From the NCBI GenBank assembly GCA_964016885.1, contig OZ024757.1:13640001-13704000 (forward strand): a stretch of 64,000 bases of DNA, in the 5' to 3' direction. Below the pieces are notes generated by a model that ran no database searches, was not told the DNA's origin, and was given only the letters and a program-made list of their open reading frames with translations. Position 1 is the stretch's first letter. Each line of letters starts with the position of its first letter. A program made the translations under genes and the position numbers. Shown here in pieces: positions 25,346 to 37,925 of this stretch. This DNA comes from Eledone cirrhosa. Taxonomy: Eukaryota.

Positions 25346-25672
25346 TTCGTTTCTGAATTTGTTTAGCAAGATTCTTTATCTGAAAACGTGTGTTGAAACC
25401 AACACACACAAAAAACAAGATGGCGTAGGACAGAACAAAGGAGAGGCACAAAAAACAAAGAAAAGAATCCGCAGTCACTGAAGAGGTCACATAATGTGTA
25501 ACGAAAGAACTTTGACAATATATAAACAACCATCTGGTTGTGGAACCAACCAACCAACCAACCGGAAATTTATAAATTCCTAAATTTATAAATTTATTAT
25601 AATAAATTGAAGTGAAAGCAACTGGTGCGTGTGTTTTTTATTGGCAACATGACCCTCCCAAAGTATAACAAT
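25345..25672 (+). mobile_element. family A hammerhead element with inverted tail segment
   Basis: Tail 25346-25400 is inverted relative to body 25401-25672; intact hammerhead at 25474-25516. Confidence 0.8.
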
Positions 25673-26003
25673 ATATATAATCATTCATCATCATTTAGGG
25701 CCATTCCTCCCTCCCTTCCAACCAAGTGTTGGCCTGGATCTTCACAGCGAGATGTCAGTACTCATATGGAGCTACTGACCTCACAGATGCAGGAGGTTGT
25801 TTTCTCAAGAAAGGACTCAATACGTGATATAGAGTCAAATGTATTGTTTATTATTATAGTATTATTTTTGCTCTAGTTGGTGGTAACTTCAAGATTTTGC
25901 TGAGGGTGGCTTATCATGCATGCATGCATATAGCCAAGCCTGAGTCTGTTTATGTGGACACACAATTATATAATTCAAATGTGACACGTGCGCAAACACA
26001 CGC

Positions 26004-26050
<47 letters not shown>

Positions 26051-26120
26051 TATACATATATATATATCCATACATACACATATATATATATGCATATATA
26101 TATACATACATATATATATC

Positions 26121-26168
<48 letters not shown>

Positions 26169-26181
26169 TATATATATATCC

Positions 26182-26234
<53 letters not shown>

Positions 26235-26253
26235 CATACATATATATATATCC

Positions 26254-26315
<62 letters not shown>

Positions 26316-26440
26316 CCATACATACATATATATCTATATATCTATATATATATATATACACACACATATATATATCCATACATACATATATATCTATATA
26401 TCTATATATATATATATATATACACACACATATATATATC

Positions 26441-26490
<50 letters not shown>

Positions 26491-26495
26491 TATAT

Positions 26496-26534
<39 letters not shown>

Positions 26535-26563
26535 TATATACATATATACATATCCATACCTAC

Positions 26564-26595
<32 letters not shown>

Positions 26596-26619
26596 TCATA
26601 CATGCATACATACACACAT

Positions 26620-27215
26620 ATATGCAAACCAAATAAATTTTCTTACACCACACACATACATACATACATACATACACATATACATACATATACAAATATA
26701 TCCATACATACACACATATATGCAAACCAAACAAACGTGTTTACACCACACACACATACATAGATAGATACACACACATACATATATACATACATACATA
26801 TATGCAAACCAAACAAACGTTTTTACACGACACACATACATACATACATAGATACATACACACACATGCATATATGCAAACCAAACAAACCTTTTTACAC
26901 CACACACACACATACATACATATACACATACATATATACATACATACATACACACATATATGCAAACCAAACAAACGTGTTTACACCACACACACATACA
27001 TAGATAGATACACACACATACATATATACATACATACATATATGCAAACCAAACAAACGTTTTTACACCACACACACACATACATACATAGATACACACA
27101 CATACATATATACATACATACATATATGCAAACCAAACAAACGTTTTTACACCACACACATACATACATATATATATACATACATATATGCAAACCAAAC
27201 AAACTTTCTTACACC
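26620..27215. repeat. CA/TA-rich minisatellite
   Basis: Recurring tatgcaaaccaaacaaacgtttttacacc. Confidence 0.9.
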
Positions 27216-27669
27216 ACAAATACATGCACCACACATACACACACACTCTCCTAAACTCATACATACACACACACACAACACACATTCTCACACATACAAT
27301 GCAACAATGCACCACCACCACCACCACCACCACCACGGCCATCATCCAGTACATATATACACATATACACTAGTGTGAATATGTATACGCACGCATGTGT
27401 GTTTCCAGGCCAGTGTCAAATCTGAACCCACCACCACCACCGCCACCACCACCATCATCACCATCAGTGAGAATGTATTCAGTGTGAGTGGAGGGGTGAA
27501 GTGGTTGATGGTTGAAGGGGGTAGGTTGGAAACTAGACACTACTCTATCATCACCATCATCACCACCATCATCATCATCATCATCATCATCATCATTATC
27601 ATTATTATCATCACCATCACCAACATCACTGTCATTGCAATAATCATTGCAGACAAGAAAGAATGCAGT

Positions 27670-28445
27670 AGTGGTGGTGGTAGTTGGAGGTGGTAGTGGC
27701 GTGGTGTGGTGGTGGTAGTTGGAAGTGGTGGTGGTGTGGTGGTAGTTGGAGGTGGTAGTGGTGTGGTGTGGTGGTAGTGGTGTGGTGGTAGTTGGAGGTG
27801 GTAGTGGTGTGGTGTGGTGGTAGTTGGAGGTGGTAGTGGTGTGGTGTGGTGGTAGTTGGAGGTGGTAGTGGTGTGGTGGTAGTTGGAAGTGGTAGTGGTG
27901 TGGTGGTAGTTGGAGGTGGTGTGGTGGTAGTTGTAGGTGGTAGTGGTGTGGTGGTTGTGGTGTGGTGGTAGTTGGAGGTGGTAGTGGTGTGGTGTGGTGG
28001 TAGTGGTGTGGTGGTAGTTGGAGGTGGTAGTGGTGTGGTGTGGTGGTAGTTGGAGGTGGTAGTGGTGTGGTGGTAGTTGGAAGTGGTAGTGGTGTGGTGG
28101 TAGTTGGAGGTGGTGTGGTGGTAGTTGTAGGTGGTAGTGGTGTGGTGGTTGTGGTGTGGTGGTAGTTGGAGGTGGTAGTGGTGTGGTGTGGTGGTAGTGG
28201 TGTGGTGGTAGTTGGAGGTGGTAGTGGTGTGGTGTGGTGGTAGTTGGAGGTGGTAGTGGTGTGGTGGTAGTTGGAGGTGGTAGTGGTGTGGTGTGGTGGT
28301 AGTTGGAAGTGGTAGTGGTGTGGTGTGGTGGTAGTTGGAGGTCGTAATGGTGTGGTGGTAGTTGGAGGTGGTAGTGGTGTGGTGTGGTGGTAGTTGGAGG
28401 TGGTAGTGGTGTGGTGGTAGTTGGAGGTGGTAGTGGTGTGGTGGA
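27670..28445. repeat. G/T-rich minisatellite
   Basis: Recurring ggtggtagttggaggtggtagtggtgt. Confidence 0.92.
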
Positions 28446-28729
28446 GGATGAGAGAGGCAACATTTTACATCACGAACCTCTTTAGGAACAGATGGCACTA
28501 TGATAGCATAGAACGGAGGTGTGTGTGTGGGGGGGGGGGGGGGGGCTTACACTCTCCTCTTCCATGTGTGTGCATACATACATATATGCATGCATACATA
28601 CACATATGCACACACATACAGGCACATATGTATGGCTGCATGTATGTAAATATATAAATACATATTCAATCTTATATGGATGAATAAACATACAGACACA
28701 CACACACGTCTGTGTGTCAGTCTGTATTA

Positions 28730-29550
28730 TCATAATCATCATCGTTTAGCGTCTATCTTCCACACTAGGTTGGCTTAGATGGGTTTGTCCCATTAGGAGG
28801 CAAGTTGGGTTGGGAGACCATGTGTCTCACTCATATAGGCCTGGTTCTGGCTGGTTTTCTATGGCTGGATGCCCTTCCTAACCTCAACCACATTTACAGA
28901 GTGTGCTGGGTGCTTTTAGCCATGTCTCCTACACGACCACTTTACAGAGTGTGCTGGGTGCTTTTAGCCATGTCTTCTACACGACCACTTTACCATGTGT
29001 GCTGGGTGCTTTTAGCCATGTCTCCTACACGACCACTTTACAGTGTGGACTGGGTGCTTTTTGCCATGTCTACTACACAACCACTTTACAGTGTGGACTG
29101 GGTGCTTTTAGCCATGTCTCCTACACGACCACTTTACAGAGTGTGTTGGGTGCTTTTAGCCATGTCTCCTACACGACCACTTTACAGTGTGTGCTGGGTG
29201 CTGTTAGCCATGTCTCCTACACGACCACTTTACAGAGTGTGCTGGGTGCTTTTAGCCATGTCTTCTACACGACCACTTTACAGTGTGTGCTGGGTGCATT
29301 TTGCCATGTCTCCTACACGACCACTTTACAGTGTGTGCTGGGTGCATTTTGCCATGTCTCCTACATGACCACTTTACAGAGTGTGCTGGGTGCTTTTAGC
29401 CATGTCGCCTACACGACCACTTTACAGTGTGTGCTGGGTGCTTTTAGCCATGTCTCCTATACGACCACTTTACAGTGTGTGCTGGGTGCTTTTAGCAATG
29501 TCTTCTACACGACCACTTTACAGTGTGTGCTGGGTGCATTTTGCCGTGTC
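28730..29550 (-). repeat. SINE/RTE tail with about 14 x 48-bp tandem amplification
   Basis: Unit gtgtgctgggtgcttttagccatgtctcctacacgaccactttaca(g/a), period 48, attached to the tail motif ctggatgcccttcctaac. Confidence 0.88.
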
Positions 29551-30017
29551 TATTTATTTTGAGAACAATACCTTGACATCAATATGAGTAGCCAGTTATG
29601 GCCGATTTTAACAGAAAGTGGTGAGAGAATTCTGACTGGATATGGCCGGTTTAAATGCTAAAGGGTTAATCTGAGATGGGAGTGCATCCTGTTTTTCAAT
29701 GAAGTCTTCAAGGGTTCAGTTGTCCTCTGTTTGTCAATGAACTTCTTAGGGGGTTGGTAAACCACTTAGGGGTCTAGTTATGTTCCCTATTAAGTGTGGA
29801 TTATAATTAACTGCACCTGTTATTAGATTGATGGTTGACTGGGGCTGTCTGTGTGATCTCTTTTGTTCCTAGTATAGGGGCAATTTGGATCCCTGGGGCA
29901 CAAGAGACAGGGTTACTGAAATATCTGGCTGAGAACATATCCTTGCTTGCTTTCTTTCTCGTGGGATTCTTCTGTGTGTGGGGGGTTATATAGATATATA
30001 GATAGATAACTCATTGT

Positions 30018-30061
<44 letters not shown>

Positions 30062-30066
<5 letters not shown>

Positions 30067-31183
30067 AAGTATGGGTGCATAAAAGATGTAGTGGGATCAC
30101 AGGTAAGCTAACTAAGAACATAGATTTTACATGTGGCCGGTGCTCTGGTGCAATAAGTAGCAGCAAGTGCCCACAAAATACTAGCTCTTTCAATTGCGCA
30201 GAGGGTTCTATAGAAATAGTGGACAGCTTCCGTTACCTGGGCGATAAAATCAGCAGTGGGGGAGGGTGCTCTGAAAGTACTGTAGCTAGAGTCAGAACTG
30301 GTTGGAAAAAGTTCAGAGAGCTTATACCACTATTAGCTGCTAAAGGGTTCTCCCTAAAAATGAAAGGCAGGTTGTACGATGCCTGCATACGAACAGCAAT
30401 GCTGCATGGCAGTGAGACCTGGGCATTGTGTGCAGAGGATATACGCAGACTAGAGAGGAACGAAGCTTGCATGCTCCGCTGGATGTGTAACAGTAATATA
30501 CGTGAACGGCAAAGCATAAACGAACTAAGGAAAAAATTAGAGATAAGAGGGATCAGATGTTGTTTACTCGAGAGAAGGCTACGTTGGTATGGACACGTGA
30601 TGCGCATGAAAGTCGATAGCTGTATAACAAAGTGCAGGGCAATAAAGATAGACGGTAGTCACGGAATAGGCAGACCTAGAAAAACCTGGGACGAGCTGAT
30701 AAACTCCGACATCACACACTTACACCTCTCCAAGACAATGTCACTGGACCGAGACCTTTGGCGGTACTCAGTAACAGAGAAGACCCGCCTTACCTAAATA
30801 TATAGTAAAACCTACTCCAGCCAGTAGGCATCTCTAACAAAATACACCCCGTCCCACCACCACCACCCCCACCTCATCCACACCACCCCGTTCTATGTAA
30901 AGTTATGTTGGTGCCGCGCCATCGAGGCCGAAACAAATGAGATCGTGTAGGTGTCACGACAAAAAAACACACAGTCCACGCTGTAATGTGGCCGTGTAGG
31001 CAACACGGTAAAAACCTCCCAGACCCACACTGTAAATGTGGTTGGTGTTAGGAAGGGCATCCAACTGTAGAAAACCTGCCAGACAGTTCTATACGAACAA
31101 GACAACCAATCTTGCCTCAAGTGGGAAAATTCCCGTCCAAACCCATGCAAGCGTGGAAGATGGATGTTAAACGATGATGATGA
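30062..31183 (+). mobile_element. 5'-truncated RTE-clade LINE, copy 2, within (TA)n
   Basis: Closely similar to 4304-5772; TA runs on both sides. Confidence 0.92.
30075..30797 (+). pseudogene. C-terminal part of the RTE ORF (open to its natural stop)
   Basis: FRYLG, LHGSETW, RLRWYGHV, GRPRKTW, DRDLWR. Confidence 0.9.
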
Positions 31184-31184
31184 T

Positions 31185-31227
<43 letters not shown>

Positions 31228-31235
<8 letters not shown>

Positions 31236-31545
31236 AGAACAAAAGATGGTTAAAAGAGTTCCATGTATTTTATTATGCGCATTTCAAAAACAAATATCAT
31301 CATGCAATAATATTTGTGTTTTCATCAGATAAAACAGGAAGACATGATATGAAGGTTAAAAAACACTTGTGGATAGTTCAGTTTTAAATCAACATTTGAA
31401 ATGCGCATAATAAAATACATGGAACTCTTTTAACCATCTTTTGTTCTTATATATTATGTATACTCCAGTCCTACAAACTGTAGAGTGCTTCTTATCCGAT
31501 ATCTGCATTGCTTTATTGTACTACAATAAAACTCACCTCCTACAT
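31228..31545. mobile_element. fold-back hammerhead element in (TA)n
   Basis: Arms 31228-31288 and 31395-31456; tail with tagagtgctt. Confidence 0.85.
31268..31334 (-). ncRNA. type I hammerhead ribozyme
   Basis: Minus strand: ttttat-CTGATGA-aaac-acaaatatt...gatatttgt-tttt-GAAA-tgcgca-TA-ataaaa; palindromic stem III ATGCGCAT. Confidence 0.82.
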
Positions 31546-31557
31546 ATATATATATAC

Positions 31558-31649
31558 GGGGTCGATAAAATAAAGTACCAGTAATGAACTGGGTAATTGC
31601 TGGCCTTGTGCCAAAAGTAGAAACAATTATATTATATATTATATTATTT

Positions 31650-31685
<36 letters not shown>

Positions 31686-31974
31686 AAATAATATAATATA
31701 TAATATAATTGTTTCTACTTTTGGCACAAGGCCAGCAATTACCCAGTTCATTATATATAATATAAAATAATATAATATATAATATAATTGTTTCTACTTT
31801 TGGCACAAGGCCAGCAATTACCCAGTTCATTACTGGTACTTTATTTTATCGACCCCCTAAGGATGAAAGGCAAAGTTAACCTCGACGGGATTTGAACTCA
31901 GACCATAAAGGGTCGTAACTATGCTGGAAAGCATGGCGTCCGACCCTCCACTGATACTGCCAATTCACCGCCCT
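31558..31974. mobile_element. SINE S1 (full - copy 31785-31974) with inverted 3' fragments around a TA run
   Basis: + tail 31558-31630, - tail 31705-31750, then the full - copy. Confidence 0.85.
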
Positions 31975-32264
31975 ATAATATAATAGATGCAAATTTATAT
32001 GTAACAAAGTGATAGTTGTTGGTCAGTACTGATCACATCTTCTAAAGGATATCTCTGACTAAATTATCTAAATTTTCTTTATTTTTGTGAAGTTGTTTTG
32101 AGGGATATTTGACTTTTATTTCTAGCATATGAAATAACCACCTAGTGGCTCCCTCTAGTTTGGTATGGTTGAACTGTTTCTTTTGCTCCAATTGGTAGAT
32201 TTTCCTTTCATATTTCAACACCCTCCTCCTCCTCCCCCTCCTGTTCTCCTTTTCTCTCTCTCTC

Positions 32265-32745
32265 CTTTAAGTTACACTTCGCTCACACAGTCCTCTCTCT
32301 CTCGCTCTTTTTCTCTCTCTCTCTCTAACTTTTAAGTTACCCTTCACTCACACCCCCTCTCTCTCTTTCTTAACCCTTGAGTTACCCTACACTCACACCT
32401 CCTCTCTCTCTCTCCCTTAACTTTTAAGTTACCCTTCACTCACACCCCTCTCTCTCTTTCTTAACCCTTAAGTTACCCTTCTCTCGCCTCCTCTCTCTCT
32501 CTAACTTTTAAGTTACCCTTCACTCACACCCCCTCTCTCTCTTTCTTAACCCTTAAGTTACCCTTCTCTCGTCTCCTCTCTCTCTCCCTTAACTTTTAAG
32601 TTACCCTTCACTCACACCCCCTCTCTCTCTTTCTTAACCCTTAAGTTACCCTTCTCTCGCCTCCTCTCTCTCTTATTTAACCCTTGAGTTATCCTTCAAG
32701 CACACCCCTCTCTCTCTCTCTCTTAAACTCTCAAGTTACCCTTCT
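32265..32745. repeat. CT-rich minisatellite
   Basis: Recurring ttaagttacccttcactcacacccc(tc)n. Confidence 0.88.
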
Positions 32746-32888
32746 GCTCCCCTCCCCCATGTTATTGTAATGGGAGGACCTTGTTGGGCTTTTTGGATCA
32801 ACTGACTCATTCATCTTATTACTCTGCCCTCTCCCTTCACTCATTGCCACCTCCTCATTGGTGTGTATGAGTCCGTATGTCTGTGAGT

Positions 32889-32920
<32 letters not shown>

Positions 32921-33591
32921 TTAATGGAGTGGGGTTATACAGCATGGTATATGTGTGTATGTGACTGTGGGGTTCTCTATGAGTGTGCTTTGGGAAGGTA
33001 AGAGAGGGGCGGGAGACAGGGCTTATTTACATTTGAATGCACCTGTGTGCTTGTGTGTGTGTGTGTGTCAGTGTGTGTGTGTATGTTTGTGTGTCAGTGT
33101 GTGGGTGTGCTTGTGTGTCAGTATGTTTGTGTGTGTGTGTGTGTGTGTATGTCAGTGTGTGGGTGTGCTTGTGTGTATCAGTATGTTTGTGTATGGGTGT
33201 GCTTGTGTGTGTCAGTATGTTTGTGTGTGCGTGTGTGTGACAGTGTGTGTATGTGTCAGTATGTTTGTGTGTGCGTGTGTGTGACAGTGTGTGTATGTGT
33301 CAGTATGTTTGTGTGTGTGTGTGTGTTTGTGTGTGCATGTGTCAGTGTCGTGAGTCTAGTTATACCTGCACACGTGTGTTGGCTCCTGTTTTGTATTCTC
33401 ATCTGTGTGTTCATGTAAACCCCTAGGCCCTCACACACACAGGTGTTGGCTTCTACTCTTTATATGTATACCTGTGCTTGCATGTGTGTGTGTGTACAGG
33501 TATGAATGTGTGTGAGACAATCAAGAATTAATGACTGTACATTCACAATCACTCCCATGTGCATGTCTAAAAACGCTAAAGTCTGTCTTAA

Positions 33592-33812
33592 CCCTTTAAT
33601 GTTCAAAGCGGCCAAAACCGGCCAGAATTCTCTCACCTCTTTCTGTTGAAACTGGCTGAAACTGGTCACTCATACTGATGTTAAGGTATTTTTCTCAAAA
33701 TAAATACTTTCAAAATCTCATAGATTCGATATTATGTGAGATAATTATGTGAGATAAAGCCTTTACCATGAAAATATAATAGTAAATATAGAGTAATGTG
33801 AATGTTAAAGGG
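33592..33812. mobile_element. family P piggyBac-type MITE
   Basis: ttaa|ccctttaatgttca ... gaatgttaaaggg|ttaa. Confidence 0.85.
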
Positions 33813-33824
33813 TTAAGCCAGAAG

Positions 33825-34070
33825 GCCGGTGCTTATCCCGGTTTCATGGCATGAAGCGACTGAGAGTACAAGACTCCCTCCTGGACAGGATGCCAGCCCA
33901 TCACAGGGTTAACCCCCCAGCTATATTGCCGGTACTCATTTTCAGCTGAGTATACTGGAGCAACGTGAAATGAAGTGTTTTGCTCAAGAACACAACACAT
34001 AATCCAAGAATCGAACCCAGGACATTGTGGTCGTAAATCCAACACCCTTACCACTAGGCCACATGCCTCC
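33825..34070 (-). mobile_element. tRNA-derived CORE-like SINE (S2 group)
   Basis: Minus strand: ggaggcatgtggcctagtggtaagg (A-box), gggttcgattc (B-box), tgttcttgagcaaaacacttca (CORE-like); similar copy at 63090-63297 (+). Confidence 0.75.
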
Positions 34071-34197
34071 ACACAACACTCACACACACACATATATATA
34101 TAGTTGTTGTATGGTTGCAATTAAATGCGTCCGTGGGCGGTATGCCGTTTGAGCACTCGATGTTCGCGCAGAGCAGAGAATATTATTATAGATAATA

Positions 34198-34388
34198 GGG
34201 CGGTGGTTTGGCAGTATCGGTAGAGGGTCGGGTGCCATGCTTTGAAGCACAGAGTTACGTCCCTTTATGATCTGAGTTCAAATCCCACTGAGGTTAACTT
34301 TGCCTTTCATCCCTACGGGGTCGATAAAATAAAGTACCAGTAATGCACTGGGTAATTGCTGGCCTTGTGCCTAACGTAGAAACAATTA
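34198..34388 (+). mobile_element. SINE S1 with target-site duplication
   Basis: Full copy; attattatagataa on both sides. Confidence 0.9.
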
Positions 34389-34433
34389 TTATAGATAACG
34401 AGGAATCAGAAATGCATCAAAACACAATTTATT

Positions 34434-34527
34434 AACATATTACATATGTTTCTCCGACGATCAGCTCAAGGCAGGACCTGTTACAGAATGAACCCGGCTC
34501 TGCAATTGTAAGTTCCTCAGATATGTT
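34434..34527 (-). ncRNA. type I hammerhead with long domain II insert
   Basis: Minus strand: aacatat-CTGAGGA-(about 60 nt)-GAAA-catatg-TA-atatgtt; 7-bp stem I, palindromic stem III ACATATGT, GUA site. Confidence 0.75.
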
Positions 34528-34708
34528 TTGCGTTTACAAAGCATTCCATCGGATGCGATTGCAGAGTCGTGTTCATTCTGTAATAGATCCTGTCTTGAGC
34601 TGATCGTCGGAGAAACATATGTAATATGTTAATAAATTGTGTTTTGATGCATCACTGATTCCTCGTTATCTATAGGGCACATGGCTTAGTGGTTAGAGCA
34701 TTGGCCTT

Positions 34709-35040
34709 GGAGGCACATGGCTTAGTGGTTAGAGCATTGGCCTTGCAATCGAAAGGTTGTGAGTTCAATTCTCAGACCGGGTGATGTGTTGTTTCCTTGA
34801 GCAAGACACTTTATTTCACATTGCTCCAGTTTACTCAGCTGTAGAAATGAGATGATAGGGACTGGGGTCCCTATCATTCCACTGCAAAGTGGTCGTGGAG
34901 GTGCCACGGCAAAAAAGCACCCAGCACTCACTGTAAATGAGGTTAGTGTTAGGAAGGGCATCCAGCTGTAGAAATCAAGCCAGCATCAGTTCTCGTCCCA
35001 CCTTTGCAAGTAGGGAAAAAGCGGACGTAAAATGAAATGA
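34709..35040 (+). mobile_element. SINE S2 (tRNA head, CORE-like centre, RTE-type tail)
   Basis: ggaggcacatggcttagtggttagag, gagttcaattc, ccttgagcaagacacttt, aggaagggcatccagctgtagaaa; 3' part repeated at 37925-38120. Confidence 0.8.
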
Positions 35041-35059
35041 TATATATATATATATATAA

Positions 35060-35490
35060 ATATATTCAGAATAACAATAAATGATGAAGACATTCACATA
35101 ATCAAAATATATGTTTTATTATATATATTTCGGAGGTACTGTGCTGTTTTTTCAGTACGTCCTCGTCAGATAAAATACATGAATTGATGTATGACATACC
35201 TCAACTGTCTTGATGGTTCAATTAGTACTGCCAATACTGGAATTGAACCATCAAGACAGTTAAGGTATGTCATACATCAATTCATGTATTTTATCTGACG
35301 AGGACGTACTGAAAAAACAGCACAGTACCTCCGAAATATATATAATAAAACATATTTTGATTATGTGAATGTCTTCATTTATTAATATTTTGAATATTAA
35401 TAACTCCAGAAAATTTCTTTGTAGAGTGCTTTTAATCTATTGTAAAACTATATTAATTGAGTAATCAATGAACCATATTAATCTTTGGTT
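35060..35490. mobile_element. fold-back hammerhead element (family E) in (TA)n
   Basis: Arms about 35062-35223 and 35240-35397; tail to 35490; tail-only homologue at 41725-41860 (-). Confidence 0.88.
35289..35350 (+). ncRNA. type I hammerhead ribozyme
   Basis: ttttat-CTGACGA-ggacgtactg-loop-cagtacctcc-GAAA-tatata-TA-ataaaa; mirror at 35114-35175 (-). Confidence 0.82.
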
Positions 35491-36447
35491 ATATATATAG
35501 ATATATACACCTGTGCACAGCAACTCAAACACATACACACACACAATCTCACATCTCAGCATAATGTCAAATGTGATAAACGAAAAAGGAAAAGAGAAAT
35601 TAACAAATAAAAATGAAATAATATAACAAATTTTAAAACTAAATTAAACAATTATATATTTTTATGGGAGAGGAGGGATTGCAAATAAAGGTGTGGCAAG
35701 TATTTTATAAGCAGTCACCAACAGACTTAATATGTTGGTGTCACACCTCATCAAACACAGCTTGCACTGTACTGCACTGGATAGGCACAGCTGCTGCAGA
35801 TATACAACATACACACACACATGTGTGTGTGTATGTGTGTGTGTGCTGTAAATGTATGTACGGATATTGTGCATATACACACATATATATATATATACAC
35901 ATACATATATATATATATATACACAGACACACACATATATTTATATATACATACATATAGTTTGTGTTCATGTGTTGTTTTGTTATTTCATTTCTACACG
36001 CTGTTCGCTTGTCTGCTTTTAATTACCAGTTGATTTTTTTTTTTTTTCCCTTCGGTATTTTAGCAGTGTTATTAGTTAATGTGTTGAGCACTACTGAACA
36101 TCGATTCCAACTGTGACTAACCCCACTGAAAAGTTTCGTGAAATGGTCTTTTAAGACTATATAGTGCATTTGTAGTTTTCCCCAAATTGACGGTTAAGTA
36201 TTACTTCTTGATTTTATTTTGAATTAAGATTGTATTGCTTTTTCCCCAACTTACACAAAGTTTGATGATAAAGTTTTTATTCTTGATTTGTTTTGAATTA
36301 GGATAGTATTAATTTTTCCTCATCTTACATTAAATATTTTTTCATCTTGATGGTATAGTCACTTATATACCTGAATTATTGTTGGCATTATGCTTACATT
36401 AATTTTATTTTCATTTATATATACAGACACACACATATATATATATA

Positions 36448-36579
36448 GGAAAAGAGTCAGGACCTCGACGGCTGTCAGCAGTCGGCGTCCTGACTCTTTT
36501 CCTATTACCCACTCTACTACCCTAAGTATCGAGTACTCTGGTGCGTTATGGTCCACCTGGTATCTTACCACACCTTCTT

Positions 36580-36585
<6 letters not shown>
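36448..36585 (+). mobile_element. short fold-back plus tail element (family F)
   Basis: ggaaaagagtcaggac...gtcctgactcttttcc hairpin, then tattacccactctactaccctaagtatcgagtactctggtgcg; same tail at 40685-40765. Confidence 0.75.
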
Positions 36586-36642
<57 letters not shown>

Positions 36643-36649
<7 letters not shown>

Positions 36650-36901
36650 ATACTTTGGGAGGGTCATGTTGCCAATAAGAAACACACACACCAGTTATTA
36701 TAAGTTTCCGGTTGGTTGATTGGTTATATAACCGGATGGTTGTTCATATATTGTCAAAGTTCTTTCGTCACACATTCTGTGACCTCTTCAGTGACTGGGA
36801 ATTCTTTTCTTTATTTTCTATTTGACTCTCCCAAAGTATAACAATGTCGGTTTCAACACACATTTTCAGATAAGGAATCTTGCTAAACAAATTCAGAAAC
36901 G
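36643..36901. mobile_element. family A element, fold-back form
   Basis: Body 36643-36812 with hammerhead on the - strand, then an inverted end plus tail at 36824-36901. Confidence 0.8.
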
Positions 36902-37166
36902 ACATATATATATATATATGTTCAATTTGTCAAGCTATTTAAACGTTTGTTATTACTCTAAGGATCTACCCTTCTTGAATGCTTTCCTAACTCATTCCTA
37001 TTGTAGGTCGACTTTGCTTGCCCACAGCCAAAGCTTCAATTTTACTAAGCTTCCACTTGTATATATGCGAGCAAGACAACCACTCTTGCCTCAAGTGGGA
37101 AAACTCCCGTCCAAAACCATGCAAGCGTGGAACATGGATGTTAAACGATGATGATGATGATGATGA

Positions 37167-37240
<74 letters not shown>

Positions 37241-37542
37241 GGTATGGATATTCCAACAGGCACCAAGTACCTACACAAATATGCATGGTGTTTATAATAG
37301 TTGTGGTTCGATGGTATTAATTTGAAATACCAGTACCCTTTTATAATTATTCTCCTTATGTAGAGAACAAAACGTATCGCACTGCTATTTTTAGCGGCAT
37401 GATCAACAAGTTTATAATATCCCGCTTTTACTTATAGCCTATTTTTGTGTGTGTGTCACTTTAACGGCCTGACCCCATGCAACGGGCAGGACGCGATATT
37501 TTCTCTTACTATGAGACTTTATACCCTTATGGTACGGAAATA

Positions 37543-37622
37543 GCTGTCTGAAGATCTAATTCTTTCCATTGGAAATTCTCTGAATTTCCAATCTTTTGAT
37601 TAGTGAAACCGTCGGTAACGGC
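37543..37622 (+). ncRNA. type I hammerhead ribozyme
   Basis: gctgt-CTGAAGA-tctaat...attggaaattc-tct-gaatttccaat...attagt-GAAA-ccg-t-cgg-TA-acggc; GUA site; within TA-flanked unit 37235-37700. Confidence 0.8.
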
Positions 37623-37695
37623 AATAGAACAGGTGAATATTTAAATCGTATTTTAATTTATTTAAAAGATTGTTTGATGATTACTTGTTCCGCTC

Positions 37696-37766
<71 letters not shown>

Positions 37767-37843
37767 ATATCCGTACACACATATACAACCACAACACACA
37801 GACATGCATAACCCTCACCCACATATATACATATATGCATAAT

Positions 37844-37877
<34 letters not shown>

Positions 37878-37892
37878 TTGCACAATATACAT

Positions 37893-37925
<33 letters not shown>

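Larger units (their letters stand above)
34103..34674. mobile_element. fold-back hammerhead element interrupted by a SINE
   Basis: Arms 34390-34506 and 34558-34674; tail 34103-34195 separated by SINE S1. Confidence 0.85.

Noticed and set aside
24617-27354. Numerous YI/HT/CV-repeat ORFs here and throughout the window
   Set aside because: Translations of (TA)n and (CA)n microsatellites
36920-37060. KLSKIEALAVGKQSRPTIG as a possible GIY-YIG C-terminal relic
   Set aside because: Too short and too weak; stops nearby
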